64,000 nt of DNA from Antechinus flavipes (lineage: Eukaryota): contig NC_067403.1 of assembly GCF_016432865.1 (NCBI RefSeq), forward strand, positions 2,046,001-2,110,000. Direction: 5' to 3'. Positions 26,091 to 39,015 of this stretch are shown here, piece by piece. Each line of letters starts with the position of its first letter. Within the stretch, counting starts at the first letter, position 1. A program made the position numbers and the translations under genes. The notes under the pieces were generated by a model. It had not been told where the DNA came from, made no database searches, and worked only from the letters and a program-made list of their open reading frames with translations.

Positions 26091-26924
26091 TATGGACTGA
26101 GTGTAAGTGGAGTCCTTCATTGGTGCTTTTGGATCGATAATGTGCTAATAGTGTCACACACCACAATAGTAGAACTCCCTCAATGAAATCCTTGGCCAAT
26201 CAAAAAAAAAAAATTAATCCAGCTATGCACAATGGAAAAACAATGGTGAAAACCATCTCCACTCTGACATGGTTGCACAGGAAGCCTATTTTGTTCAGAG
26301 GGATCAGAAGTCTAGAACTAGAAGGGATGCTCAAGGTGATCTACTCCCATTTCTCATTTTCCACACCGTGAAACATAGGGAGGTGAGATAACTAGTTCAA
26401 TGTCTCCCAAACAGGCAGGATCAGAACTCAGACCCTTTCACTCAAAGGGTCAAATTTTTTCAGCTTAATGAATGTATGTTTTGGACATGATCTGGCCCCA
26501 TAATTAAGCAGGAAGGAAGGAACGTGCATTTGACAAATCGTAACAGCTTCCATGATCTCAAACTCTTCCTTCCAGCAAAACCCGTTAGCTTGCCAACAAT
26601 TCCCCCAGAAATGAGTTGCCCTTTTCCAGAAAATCATGTGATGTAACAGCCCCAGAAACAGTGATATTATAGATGATCACAAAACGGATAGATGGATAAC
26701 ATCTCAGAAGTATATTAAAAGATATCATTGAAGATGTGTCCAACCCCAAACCCCAAACACCTCCTAAAGTTCTAGTGAAAAAAAAGGAACAAGAGGGGAC
26801 AGTCTAGTTTTGCTTTAGAATTCAGAGACTATATTAAAGTATCAGAAGGCCTCCTGTGCCTTTGGTAGCTATTCTAGGGAAGATTTACAGAAAGCTATAG
26901 AGAATTAGAGAATAAATAAATATA

Positions 26925-27175
26925 GAGGCAGTCACATGGTTGTGTGGAGAGTGCAGTAGACTTGGAATCAGGAAGAACTGAGTTCAAATTTGGCCTCAGA
27001 TGGTTATTAGCTCGGTGATCCTGGAAGAGTCACTTAATGTCTGCCTCAGTTTCTTCATCTGTAAAATACTAATAGTATTTATATACCATTATTATTGGAA
27101 GAATAAAATGAGAAATTTGCATAGCTGTTTGCAAATCTCAAAGCATTATATTAATGCTAATTATTATCATTATTA
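26925..27175 (+). mobile_element. MIR-type CORE-SINE
   Basis: GAGTTCAAATTTGGCCTCAG and GCCTCAGTTTCTTCATCTGTAAAAT, plus tail. Confidence 0.72.
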
Positions 27176-28299
27176 ACAATTGGACATGAGCAGTAAACAT
27201 GAATAGATTTCTGTCTGCACAGGTAAAGGGGAAGATATACAACAAGGAGAATGGAAATCCACCCATTTATGAAGTCAGACAGGCAGTCACAGAGGAAGAA
27301 AACACAAAGTTTTTAATACATGGCAGACACTGAGCAAAGCACTGGGACACAAAAAAAGACCAAACCAGGGAGCCTGCCCTGACAGAGTTCACCTTCCACA
27401 AGATGATGCAATGTGCAAATGACTCTACATGTACAAGACGGTCGTGGAGCGAGTTCAAAGCACAACTGGGATTTCAAACCCCCATCCCACATCTGGAATT
27501 CAATGGTCTGCCAAGTCCCAGGCAACCCATCGCTCCTTGGGTCAGACGAACAGATCGTCATATTTAGAGAGCCTCTTCCAAGAGAAATGGAGATTTAAAG
27601 AATAGTAGCACAAATAGCTTCTGTCTAGCCTGCACACTCCAGTGAAATTTGAATTTAAGCCCACTGCTTTATGCAGTATATTTGTATCCAGAGCATCTTC
27701 ACACACAGCACACAGTTACATTAATTAAGATTGTCTGCAGTTCACATTCGTCATTATGGTTCTCCTTTCTTTGTAGAGTCCCTAAGCTTGAGAATATGTT
27801 ATTTAGGAAATCTATTGTACAGAAAAGCTATTTCCTATGGCTGGGTCATAGCAGCATGTAATTGAAGCATAAGATGTGATAAGATCTCATTGTTAGCCGA
27901 GCCACATGCTAAAAAAATGACATCATTGTAGGCGCAAAAGAAAATTTCTGGTAGATGTTCGTATCAACAATGATTTGAATTATAGGTCATCTGCGATCTA
28001 GATGTTCTTTGGGGGCTTTTGATATAAGAGACAATTTTACTTTTCTCGTTTTAAAAAACAGCTTTGTTCAACAGGAAAGTATGAGAATAAATGATGGCAG
28101 AACAATATGTTCATCACTTCTCTCTGATACCACAGACTCACAGAGCCCCTTCTGTGCTGAACAAGTCAGTTCAACTAGAGGTAAAACGCCATTCCCCAAA
28201 CACCTCCCAACGCCTGCTGTGTGTAGAGTTAGATGCTAGATGTAAACAAGACACAAAGTTTGGGAATTCTCTCAAAGGCCCACTAAAACACATGGACTT

Positions 28300-28445
28300 T
28301 AAGAGTTGGATGGATACTCGGAAAACCTCTGATCCAACCCCTTGCTTTTGCAGAAGAAGAAACGATGTACAGAGAAGAAAGAGAACGCGAACAAGTCTAC
28401 TCGCTGGCAGAGCTAGTGCGTGCGAAGAAATTTCCAGATTCTCAC
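28300..28445 (-). mobile_element. Diverged MIR relic with high CpG content
   Basis: GATCCAACCCCTTGCTTTTGCAGAAGAAGAAACGATGTACAGAGA resembles MIR GTCCAACCCCCTCATTTTACAGATGAGGAAACTGAGGCCCAGAGA. Confidence 0.55.
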
Positions 28446-29887
28446 CTGGGGCCCATTCCACTCCATCAGGAGGCCTTCGAGAACAAGTTGTTCAAAGGAA
28501 CTTCCTCCACAACAAAATGTAAAGATCTCTGTGGGAACTGTTCTTTCACAGCAGAAGGAGATGTATTTAAGGAGATGTATTCAACGCATGTGTTCTTTGT
28601 ATTTAACTGCGACCATGACAAAAAAAAAAAAGCAGGTCTCCCCTCGAAGGAAGATGCTGAACACTGGAAGGGTGCAGCATGTTGCACCGATCATTTCTTG
28701 CCCTGGCCGGTTCAGCCCCCTTGCAGGTTCAACCCCCTTGCCGAAGGACTTCCCTTACTGAACTTCTAAAACAAATTTACTACCAAATGATTTCACAAAG
28801 ACTGTGCTCCATTCCAGCAATCATATTTTAGGGTAGATACTGACAGATTGAAGCTAATTCAGAAGAAAACACCAAGAGGGTGAAGGGATGCAATATTATG
28901 TCAAGTTGAAAGCACTTGCAGTGCCACTGGAGAAAAACCTATGCTTTAGGGGTGCATGATAACAGATTTATCTGTACTTCTATAGATGAGAAAGAAGAAG
29001 ATATTCTATTTTGATTGTCTTCATGGGGCTCAGCTGGGGTGATAGGGACAAAGTACAGAAAGGATAATTTTGACTCATTCATCATAATTAATGTGTTATT
29101 GATCATATTACTAATGATTTTATTTATAATTATTATTGATAATAGCATATATAATACAGAAAGGTTCCAGACAAAGAGTGAGCTCAAATCTGAGGTCTCT
29201 CCCAGCTGCAATAAGAGCTCTTTTCCTGGTCTGTCCTGGTCACTGGCTCCACCATCACCATAACACAGCTGATAGAAACAACAGAAACAATCCATTTGGG
29301 CAGTTTTTCCATAATACTACAAGCTATATAGAAAGATTTTTCCCTAATATGGGGAATGACAGATCTGCCTGTCATTGAAGGGGCTGAGTCTCTTGGGCAA
29401 TTTTACTTCTTTTTACCACAAGGACAAACAGCTCTCCTTGTCAGCTATAAAGGGAGAACCCCACGCTTCCTTCACTAAAGTTCCATAGCATGATGAATAA
29501 CATTTCTCAGCCAGTGACAATTCAAACTTGAGGTTTATAAATAATACCAACTTCTACTCTAGGATGAGAAAAGGGAACATAATTGAGCAATATATGTGGT
29601 GTGAATAAGAAATGTTTTATCTTTGTTGTCAAAATGCCATCTGGAGTGAAAGAAACCTAGATATCAATTTTCTTGGATTACTGGGTTTCTTGCAAGAATG
29701 GGAACACAGAAATATCCAAAAACTTGCATCCTTAGTAGTTATAAATCCCAAGCACACTTAAAAACATAAAAGATTTGTTTGTTTGTTTTCAGAGACATCT
29801 GAAGAGGAAAAAACACCCTAAAACTACTTACTTACCCATCTGTAGAAAGATCTCAACAAAAGTTTTAGCATAGGTTCGATTCAATTC

Positions 29888-30125
29888 AGAGTAGCTGGAT
29901 TGTAAGGTGAATAGAGTGCAGGTCCTAGATTCAGGAAGTCGAGTTCAAATTTGAACTAAAGTTCAAGGATTCAAATACTAGTTTTGTGATCCTGGGAAAG
30001 TCACCAATCTATTGACTCAGTTTCGTTATCTGTAAAACGAGTTGTAAAAGGAAATGACAAACAACTCCAGTATCTTTGCCAAGAAAACTCCAAAAGGGAT
30101 ACAAAGAGTCAGACTGAAACAACAG
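29888..30125 (+). mobile_element. Mar1-type CORE-SINE
   Basis: Head with B-box GAGTTCAAAT, CORE, and tail ACTCCAGTATCTTTGCCAAGAAAACTCC. Confidence 0.8.
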
Positions 30126-32207
30126 TTCAATATTTATGAAGTACCTGCCTCGGACAACACATTAGGCTAAACACTAAGAGGCATGAGGAAAAAAAATTCT
30201 TATTGTTAAGACATTAACATTTTAGTGAGGGAAGGAGTGGAGTGGGAGGTAAAATACAGTTTTTATATAGGTTAATATCTACGAGAGGAAAGGAGAAAGG
30301 AAAAAAGCACCTGGAAATCTCAGGAGAGCGTGAGACCAAATGGGCAGTTTTTCTGCATTGCATTCAGCATGGTGCAAAAGACAGCAGTGGATTTAGATTT
30401 TGAAAATGTGGTTGTCTTGGTTATATTCCTTCCTATCTGTGGCCAAATCAGAATGATTTTCAATTCCCTCATCATTCAAATGAGGGGCTTGGATGAGGTA
30501 ACGTATGAAGGCCATAATAGTTCTAAATCCTGTAACCCTTTTAAAAAGGAAATTGTCGAATAAAAGGGAATTTGAGGTAGAAAACTTGGGTTTAATTCTC
30601 CTTAGGATTTATACTGACTTTATAAGCCTATGCAAGCCCCTTAACATAGAATGTCCAGGAGACAACTAGTTTGAAATGTCCCATAGGCACTTGGAGATGT
30701 GAGACTTTATAGAAAAATAAGGAAACTTTTTTTTCAATAGTAACCCAGGCATCTGAAAACTGGATTCTTTACTGTTCTCCAATCTTTCTCAATTAGCCCC
30801 TATTTCCATGTCTTTCCCAGTCCCCCATGTTTGAAATGTACAACTCCCTCACTATAGCCATGAAATATCTCCTTTTCTGTAACCAATCTAAGGACCACTT
30901 TATCCTTGAAGCCTTCCACAATGTGACTTGCATGTGAAATTTCTCCCACTTCAAATTCTCTTAAAAGCAGGAGTTAGAGAATTTTTCATCTTTTAGAGCT
31001 AGGTCCCAGTTAACATGAGTAAGTAATCTCCTAATATAGTCACATTATCCAGATTTGCACTATGCATATTTATTACGCTAGAAGCAATTACCATATTTTA
31101 TAGAATTATAATTTTAGATAATGTCAATTATAATACATTTGGCCATATCAGGGTATTCACTACTTGGACCAACTGGGTCCTACATTGAGCACCTATAGTG
31201 GATACCTCTGTTGAGGCTGCCATTTCTGAGCTGTTTGATAATTATTTGTGGAAAATGTCTTCCAGCACATCAGAGGCCAGCAAAATCGGTATGTTTCGAA
31301 GGAAGAGAAAAGATAATTTCTAAAGAATCTCAAACACACAATATCAGGTGGGAATTAACTGACTCAAGGATAGTCCAGGGAACACTTGACCTCTCTCACT
31401 GCTTCATTCTTCATACAAAAACAGAAACAGAAGTTAATGACAAGAACAGAAAGAGAAGTTAATGACCACAGGGACATTTTTCAACAACACAGGGGTGAGA
31501 ATTACAATGCTTCCTCCTCCTTCTTTACCTAGTCTTAACTGTTGACATTGTACAACTGCCCCCATGAAACTACATTATCTGTGCCATTGTAGCTATTGTG
31601 TAAAAACCCAGTAAATCTCTGATTGTTACTACTTTACAATTTGTCATTAGTGTTGTCTCTACTACAGATTTCAAATCGGAATCTTTTCTAACACTTTTTG
31701 GAAAGCAGCGATTACGGCAAACAACGTAGACAAACTTTGTTCAAAAGTATAATTGTAGCCTTAAAAAGGGTCTCCTCTTTCTTCACCAAGCCAGCCTTGC
31801 TCTTCTGGAGGCAGCTCTCCAGCCATAGAAGGCTCCTCTCCTGGAAGTTCACTCCCCCCAGACTTCTCTGTTCCTGTGCCGTGCTCTGGCTGGCTGGTTC
31901 CTGCCAAGACTTCCCAGGACTCCCTCATCTTCTCCAAGCTCTATCCCTGCCCCTGCCAGGTCCTTCCTCCCTCCTTTTTTAACTTCCCCCTTCTGGGATC
32001 TCTTCCCCTGCGGAGTTGTTAGCCCCTCTTGAGAAGATCTTTCTTCTCTCTTGTATTTCATTCCCAGTGCTTTGTGCAGCACCTGCACTTAAGCCTGTAC
32101 TTAACTAACATCTGCTTGCAGGAGGCCTGCTCTCTGACTTTCCCCTGTGCTCCTTCCCTTCGCTTTTTGAGGGGATCTCTTTTCTGTTTAGAATCCTCCA
32201 CATCCAA

Positions 32208-33212
32208 GGAGGAGGATTCTGGGAAGATGGAGGTAAATTTCAAGCTCTCCCCATTTCACCCCCAAATTGAGCAAAATGGCGCCTCAGGGAAAACATAGAC
32301 AGGTAAAAAACCCAGGAGACTTGGGGCAGAGGAGGGTCCTCCAGAAACAACCCCAGAAGATCCGAAGAAAGACCCCGGGCTGGGGATTAACTTGTCGGAG
32401 TGCAAATGCCTCCACACATGCACCGCATGGGACCCCCGGGGTGAGCTGGGCAGAAGCGCTGAGACTTTCACCTTCCAGACCTGGCAGAGTCTGGGGCCGA
32501 GCCCGCGAAGTCTGAGAGAACCTTGGGCCCAGACGGGAGGACAGGAGTCAGCACACGGGAGTGCAGTGGCAGGGACAAAGCAGAGGCTGTGGGCATTTGC
32601 AGGAGTGGGGACCCCTTGTTTTGGGATTCCAGGTCAGAGGGGAGAGCTGAAGCCAGAGGCACTACCCCCCCCATGATTAGAAGAGCTTACATTAACACCT
32701 CCTATTTAAAAAATGAATCAGCAGAGAAGAAAGACCCCAACCATAGAAACCTATTAAGGGAATAAAAAAGAATGGGGTTCATCAGATTAGGATGCTGACG
32801 TTTGAAAAAAAAAAAAATTAGCCTCTTCTACCCCAGAGAATAATGGGAAATGGCTCTCTGCCCAGGGAGAATTTATAGAAGAACTCAAAAAAAAAATTTA
32901 AAAATAAATGAGATACATTGAGACAAAACTGAAAAACAATATAAACCATCTAAAAAAACCAAGAAGATTATGTGGGAAAATTAACCAACTAGACAAAGAG
33001 ACACAGAGTCTTAGGAAAATAACTGAAAATTAGAATCAATCAAGGGAAAGCCAATGAAACTATGAGAACCAAAAAATAAAATAACAGAACAGATTATAAA
33101 GAATGAAAAAAATAGAACAGAATGTGAAACATAAGAAAAACATTAAATCTGGAGATCAAATCAAGAAGAGAAAACATAAGGGTAATTTGACTAGTTAAAA
33201 ATTGTGACCTCT

Positions 33213-33246
<34 letters not shown>

Positions 33247-34169
33247 AGAAGAAGAAGAATTTTGACACAATAATGCAAGAAATAATCAAAAAAATTGTCC
33301 TGAAATGATAAAACATGAGGGGAAAGTAGAAATAGGAAAAAAAATTACCCTTCACTACCTCAATGAGATCTTTTTTGAAAACACAGAAACATTATTGCCA
33401 AATTTCAAAAACCCAGATCAAAGAGAAGATTTTTCAAGAAACGAGGAAAAAATAATTCAAATACACTGAAGCTACAATTCGAATTGCATAGGATTTATCA
33501 GTAGCCACAATAAAAGACTGCAAATCCTGGAGTCATATCTACAAGCAATCAAGATAACTAGGCCTGCGGCCGAAAATCCCATAACAGCAAAATTATCTCT
33601 AACACTGAATGAGGAAAAAAACGGACATTCAATAAACTTGCAGTTTTTCAGGACTTTCTATCAACCAAACCTGAACTTAATAAAAAAAAAAAAATAATAA
33701 TAATAACATATTAGAGCCAATACCATAGATCAATTTCAAGAAATTTAATATGGACAAATGGTTTATGTTTTTGACCTGGGAAATATATAGCATGTGTTTA
33801 AGATTGACATCAGTAATAGGATAGCTGAAAAGAAAGATTGGGGCAGATTTAAGATAAAAATAGTACTTAATGTTATACAAATGAGGTGCAGGATAAGAAC
33901 AGACAAAGAAGCCTTGATAGGAGGAGGGTTTGTAGTCCTGAAAATCTGCTCACATTGGGAATGGGTTCAATAGACAGCAGTACACATATATCATGAAGGA
34001 TATAGCACCCTTCAAAATCTATAAAGAAATAAGGAAGAAGGGACGGGCAGAAGGGGAAGCAAAGGGTGAGGGAAGAAGACAAGGGAGGAATCCTTGGGTG
34101 GGGGGAGTTAAATAATAGCCAAGCTAGTTAGGAGCAGAATTTAATTAAAGAGTCAGCAGGAATAAGAAA

Positions 34170-34211
<42 letters not shown>

Positions 34212-34550
34212 GGTATATACATATGTATACATAAATATATTCCCCCGCTTTAGAGAGGTTGCAGGATAAAAGGGGAAAAAACAAAGTAAATAAAGTGCAC
34301 AGCAGAGAATAAAAGAATAATGAACACTCATAAATATAATTTCTTCTACTAACCTATATACTTTCTTGATCAGGTCATTTGTTATTATATATTTTGAATC
34401 TTCCCTGATGTTCTGATAACTCGTGACAATGTTCTCATTTGTTTTGTTTTATTTTGTTTTGTATTCCTTCTCTGTTTTTCTTTTTTCTTATCCTGTCTTT
34501 TTAAATAAAATGATTGCTTAAAGGAACCTTAAAAAAGTAATATAAAAAAA
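32208..34550 (+). mobile_element. HAL1-type (half-L1, ORF1-only) non-autonomous retrotransposon
   Basis: L1-like 5' start (GGATTCTGGGAAGATGG) and a GC-rich 5'UTR. A decayed ORF1 runs from ATG 32713 (MNQQRRKTPTIETY*) to about 33690 with RRENIRVI and RRM/CTD remnants. About 850 bp of non-coding sequence follows, then AATAAA (34504) and an A tail. No endonuclease or RT sequence is visible. The TSD is only a weak candidate (TCCACAT at 32197 and 34553). Confidence 0.78.
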
Positions 34551-35986
34551 AATCCACATTCCCACACAATCTAGCGAATTAGTACCTCATATACGGGGGA
34601 CGTGCCAAATGATGGCATTGAAGGATTACCACCCCCCCCCAAAAAAAAAAGCTAAGCAAAAAGCCAAGCCAAAACCCTAGAGCTGGGGGAGGCAATCAGG
34701 GACATCAGTGGCTGTATAGGGGGCCAGATGGAATCCACCAAGGCAGAAGTCATGCAGAGCTCTGGAATGAACCCCTCAACGTTCATGTCACCCTGAATGT
34801 GTGATTCATTCTATAAAATGCAGCTGGAAGGAAGGCAGCAGAAGATATGGAACGCCTGTTAACCTGGCACATTAGATGTATTACCTGGGCTCTAGTACAC
34901 ACACCTCTCTCACTAAAAACCCTCTGAAGATTCACTCTGGCATTCAAGTGACTAATTTCTCAAGGCCATAATAGAGAAGCTGGAAGATCAACCAGGTGGA
35001 GATAATCTGAGACAAAGTCCTAACAGCAGACTGTATGTTTGCCATTGCAGGAACAATCTAACTAAATTTTGAAAGGTTCCCTACAGGAGTGCTAGACAGG
35101 AACAGTCTGGGGTTTTGGACAACAGAAAAGCCTTAATATCATCTACTATGGAACAAAGACCTGTAATCTGTGCCAATGGAGGAAATACCCAAACTCAGTG
35201 AAATCAATGATTTTTTTTTTTGGTCTGAATCCAGAGGCTTAACTAGGAACAAATAATTTAAATTTGCAAAGAGGGCAACTTAGCTTTGGTATCCGAGCAG
35301 CAGAGCTGAACAGAAGTATAAGCTCCAAGCCTAAGCAATCACACGTTCAGGATATTCTGGTACAGATTCTTTTCTGAGAGGGATGGACTAAAGGGCTGCT
35401 GAGAGTCCATCCACCTCTGAAATTCTGGGCTTCTGAGATACATATTTATGGTTTCATTAAATTTACAGCTGAGTGCTAGCATGATACAGGAAATAGAAGA
35501 CCAGCCTTGGACTCGGGAAGTTTGTCTCTGAAATGTCCCAGTACATGATCATGGGCAAGAAATTTCAGTTCTCCTTGGTGCTACCAAGAATTCCCTCCAA
35601 TTATGAATTACAGATGGGTCGCCTATCTGAACGGCTTCAGGGCATGTCTATACCTAGAGATGCTCACACTGACTAATCACACCTCTTCCCTCAAAAAGTG
35701 GTAGATTTCTAAAGGGAGCATTCGTACAGATGAGACCATTGATCCAATATACTATAAATATATTTGTAAAAGGATTAAAAACTAACCAAGCAATAAGTGT
35801 TTCCTGTTTACTTAATAATACCCAACACTGAGCCAGGCTTCCGTGAGTCCTGCCAGGATTGATAATGGTGTCCCTGCCCTAGCAGGACCATATCTAGTTT
35901 GAGAGGCAAGACAAATATAGATGATACATTAATATAGAATAATGCATAATAGTTAGGATCATACATGAGAATCACGGGCACAGATG

Positions 35987-36177
35987 AGAAAGAGAAACGG
36001 AGACAGAAGAAGGGAGGGAGGGAGAGAGGAAGAGAGGGAGAAAGGAAGAGAAAGAGAGAAGGAGAAAGGGAGAGAGGGAGAGAAGCAGAGAGGGAGATAA
36101 AATTTTGTAGAAGTTTAGAGAGTAGAGAAAAGCAGGAAGAAGAAAAGGGAGGAAATGAGAGAAGGGGAAGGAAATAA
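35987..36177. repeat. Polypurine (GA-rich) low-complexity tract
   Basis: About 190 bp composed almost entirely of G and A on the plus strand. Confidence 0.9.
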
Positions 36178-37369
36178 GCATCTATTAATATGATGATTAT
36201 AAATTTATATATACACATATATTTATATTACATACTATATATACATATTTATACTTGTTTATATAGTATGTGCCAAGCTTTACTATTGAGACAGGACTTC
36301 TCCTAAAATGTCTTTAGTAAAAGTTTATTGAATTGATTCCCCTGGCTAAGCTGGAGAATTGGGGGGGAAGCCCCGGTAGGACATCTAATTAAAGACATTC
36401 CTGGGGGGTGGAGCCAAGATGGCGGAGCAGGCACACACGACTCTCTAAACTCCTCTCATTCCCCTCATAACCAATTATTTAATCCAGCCTCAAAAATAGC
36501 TCTTCCCTGCTTACATTCATGAAGATTAGAAGCACTACAACTCACCAGCCGAAGTCAATCCAGAAGCTTGCCAGGAAAGGTTTGTCCTGAGGGGCCAGGA
36601 CAGACCAGCACAGGCAGCGAGAGGCTAGTGTCCTGAGCAGAACAGGGGCGGGGCTGATCTCTGTGGCTAGAGAAGTTATAGGACCACTCTGCTATAGGCT
36701 AACTGCTCTGCCTTGATTACAAAGCAGCAAACTGGCAGAGAAATTAAAGCCTAAAACAGAGGGTCCTCTAAAAAACGCCAGAACCTAACGAGATCTGGCT
36801 GTAACCCCTCAAACCCGGAAGTGACTCAGGCAGACTTTACCGCACTGTGGTCACATCCTGCAGTTCGGGGCTTTTGAGGGGGCAGTTACCAATCTACACG
36901 GCAGCGGGGCACAGCCTGGGCAGCCTCTAATCGGCAGAGTGGGGGGCTCGGCCTGGGACAATAGAACCTCCCCAGCTGACTGGGCTTCCGGGGCAGACAC
37001 TTCCGGTCCCTGCAAATCCATTCACTGCTCAGCGGCTAATACCCACAGCCCCAGGGAAGGCTTTGGCTTGGGAAGTGAAACTCTCACTGCTCAGTGTCTA
37101 GCCCCAGGGCAATCGTTATCTCACACAATGGGGGTTCTTTGAAGGGCACTTTCCCAGCCCGGCCCTGCAGGCCTGAGTTACTTTCCCAGCCCGGCCCTGC
37201 AGGCCTGAGTTACTTTCAGGTGGGGAACTCTTTCCCAGAGCACTCCAATACTTGGCTGCTTTTTGTAGCCAGTTGGCAGGACAGCTACCCGTCCATATAC
37301 TTTCACTGCTCTGCAGAGGAAGCTGGTAGCCTCCTGGCCCTGAAGGCAGACCTTACAGGCTTTAACACA

Positions 37370-38529
37370 ATGAGTAAAAAAATCAAAAGAATGATTGATA
37401 GTTTCTACACAGAAAGAGAACAGCTTTTCAACCTGAGGAGACTAATAGCAGACAGTCTCCAGATGATTGTTGGTCTCCAATACAAAAGGCTCTCCTAGAA
37501 GAGACTATTAAAAACCTTAAAAGAGAGCTAGAAGAGAAATGGGGAAAGGAAAGAGAAGCTATGCAAGAGTACAGAAAAGACACATAAGTCACTAAAAGAA
37601 AAATTTGATAAAGTGGAAAAAGAAAACAACTTCCTGAAATGTGATTTGGAAAAGGTAAAAAAAACTTCCAAGAAGTGCAGGGAAACAGAGTTTGCGAATT
37701 GGAAAAAGAAAATAACTCACTAAAAAAAAAAAAAAAAAAAAAAATTAGTGAAATGGAAAAAAATTCCATAGAGCAAAACAACTCAATTGGACATATACAA
37801 AAAGAAGTAAAAAAAAAAAAAAGCTAATGAAGAAAATAACTCACTAAAAATCAGAACTGAACAAATAGAAATGACTGATTCATTGAGACATCAAGAATCA
37901 GTTCAGCAAAACCAAAAAAAAATGAAAGATTGGGGAAAAAAATGTCAAATATTTACTTGGAAAAACAACAGACCTGGAAAATAGATCTAGGAGAGATAAC
38001 CTGAGGTTCATCGGACTACCAGAAAATTATGATGAAAAAAAGAGCCTAGATACTATTTTACAGGAAATCATCAAAGAGAACTGCCCAGAAGTAATAGAAC
38101 CGGAAGGGAATAGGCGTTGAAAGAATTCATCAAACACCTTCTGAAAAAGACCCAAAAATAAAGACTCCGAGGAATATTGTGGCCAAACTTCAGAATTTTC
38201 AGACTAAAGAAAAAATTTTACAAGCAGCCAGGAAAAAACAATTCAAATACCGAGATGCCACAATAAGGGTCACGCAAGATCTGGCTGCCTCAACATTAAA
38301 GTATCAAAGGGCCTGGAATCAGATATTCCGAAAGGCAAAAGAACTTAGAATGCAGCCAAGAATAAACTACCCAGCTAAGCTGAGTATTTTTTTCCACGGA
38401 AGAAGATGGACATTTAATGAAATAGAGGAATTCCATCTGTTTCTAAGGAAAAAACCAGACTTAAACAAAAAATTTGATCTCCAACAACAGGAATCAAGAG
38501 AAGTAGAAAAAGGTAAAAGGAACTCTTGA
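37370..38529 (+). pseudogene. L1 ORF1p (coiled coil, RRM, CTD), frameshifted
   Basis: It starts MSKKIKRMIDSFYTERE, has EKENNSLK heptads, and the C-terminal part ...AKLQNFQTKEKILQAARKK...QPRINYPAKLS appears in the ORF track (38179-38529). It is broken at expanded A-runs such as 37722-37744. Confidence 0.93.
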
Positions 38530-39015
38530 GAATTGTATTTCTGTTGTGGATATATATAAAAACCATATGTATAATTTGATTTTACTGATATAACAAAAAA
38601 GGGAAGTAGAAATGGAAAGGGGATAGTGTCAGAAAAAGGGAAGAGGGGAGATAAAAATAGGGAAACTACATGCGACAATGAGGCAAAGGAAACCTATCAT
38701 ATATGAGGGAACTTAGAGAGGAGGAGGAACATTGTGTGAATCCTACTCTCATCAGAGTTGGCTCAAAGAGGAAACAGTTGACATATTTGTTTTACAGAGA
38801 TTCTTCTCTCGCTTCATTAAAAAGTGGGAGAGGAAAAGGGAGAAGGAAAAAGAGTAGTAAGGGAAGGGTACAAGAAAGGGGAAGGGATTCAAAGGGAGGA
38901 GGGAGGGATACTAAAGAGGGAGAGCTGCGTGATGTTAGTGGGACCAATAAGTTTAATACTAGGGAAGAAGGGAAGGAGGGCAAGAAAAAGAAAAGTATAA
39001 TCTGGGGATATTAGG

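Noticed and set aside
28009-28769. Overlapping 113-143 aa ORFs as a hidden gene or retrocopy
   Set aside because: They cross a MIR relic and an A-run, match no protein I recognise, and have no poly-A/TSD structure.
29836-30029. Mar1-derived 194-nt poison exon (TTTTACAG| ... TGG|GTAAGT) on the STK32B strand
   Set aside because: Antisense CORE-SINEs routinely carry this acceptor, so such pseudo-exons are expected by chance. There is no supporting evidence without RNA data.
37615-37860. Repeated GAAAA(C/T)AACT..CT.AAA units as a novel repeat array
   Set aside because: They are the EKENNSLK heptad repeats of the L1 ORF1p coiled coil.
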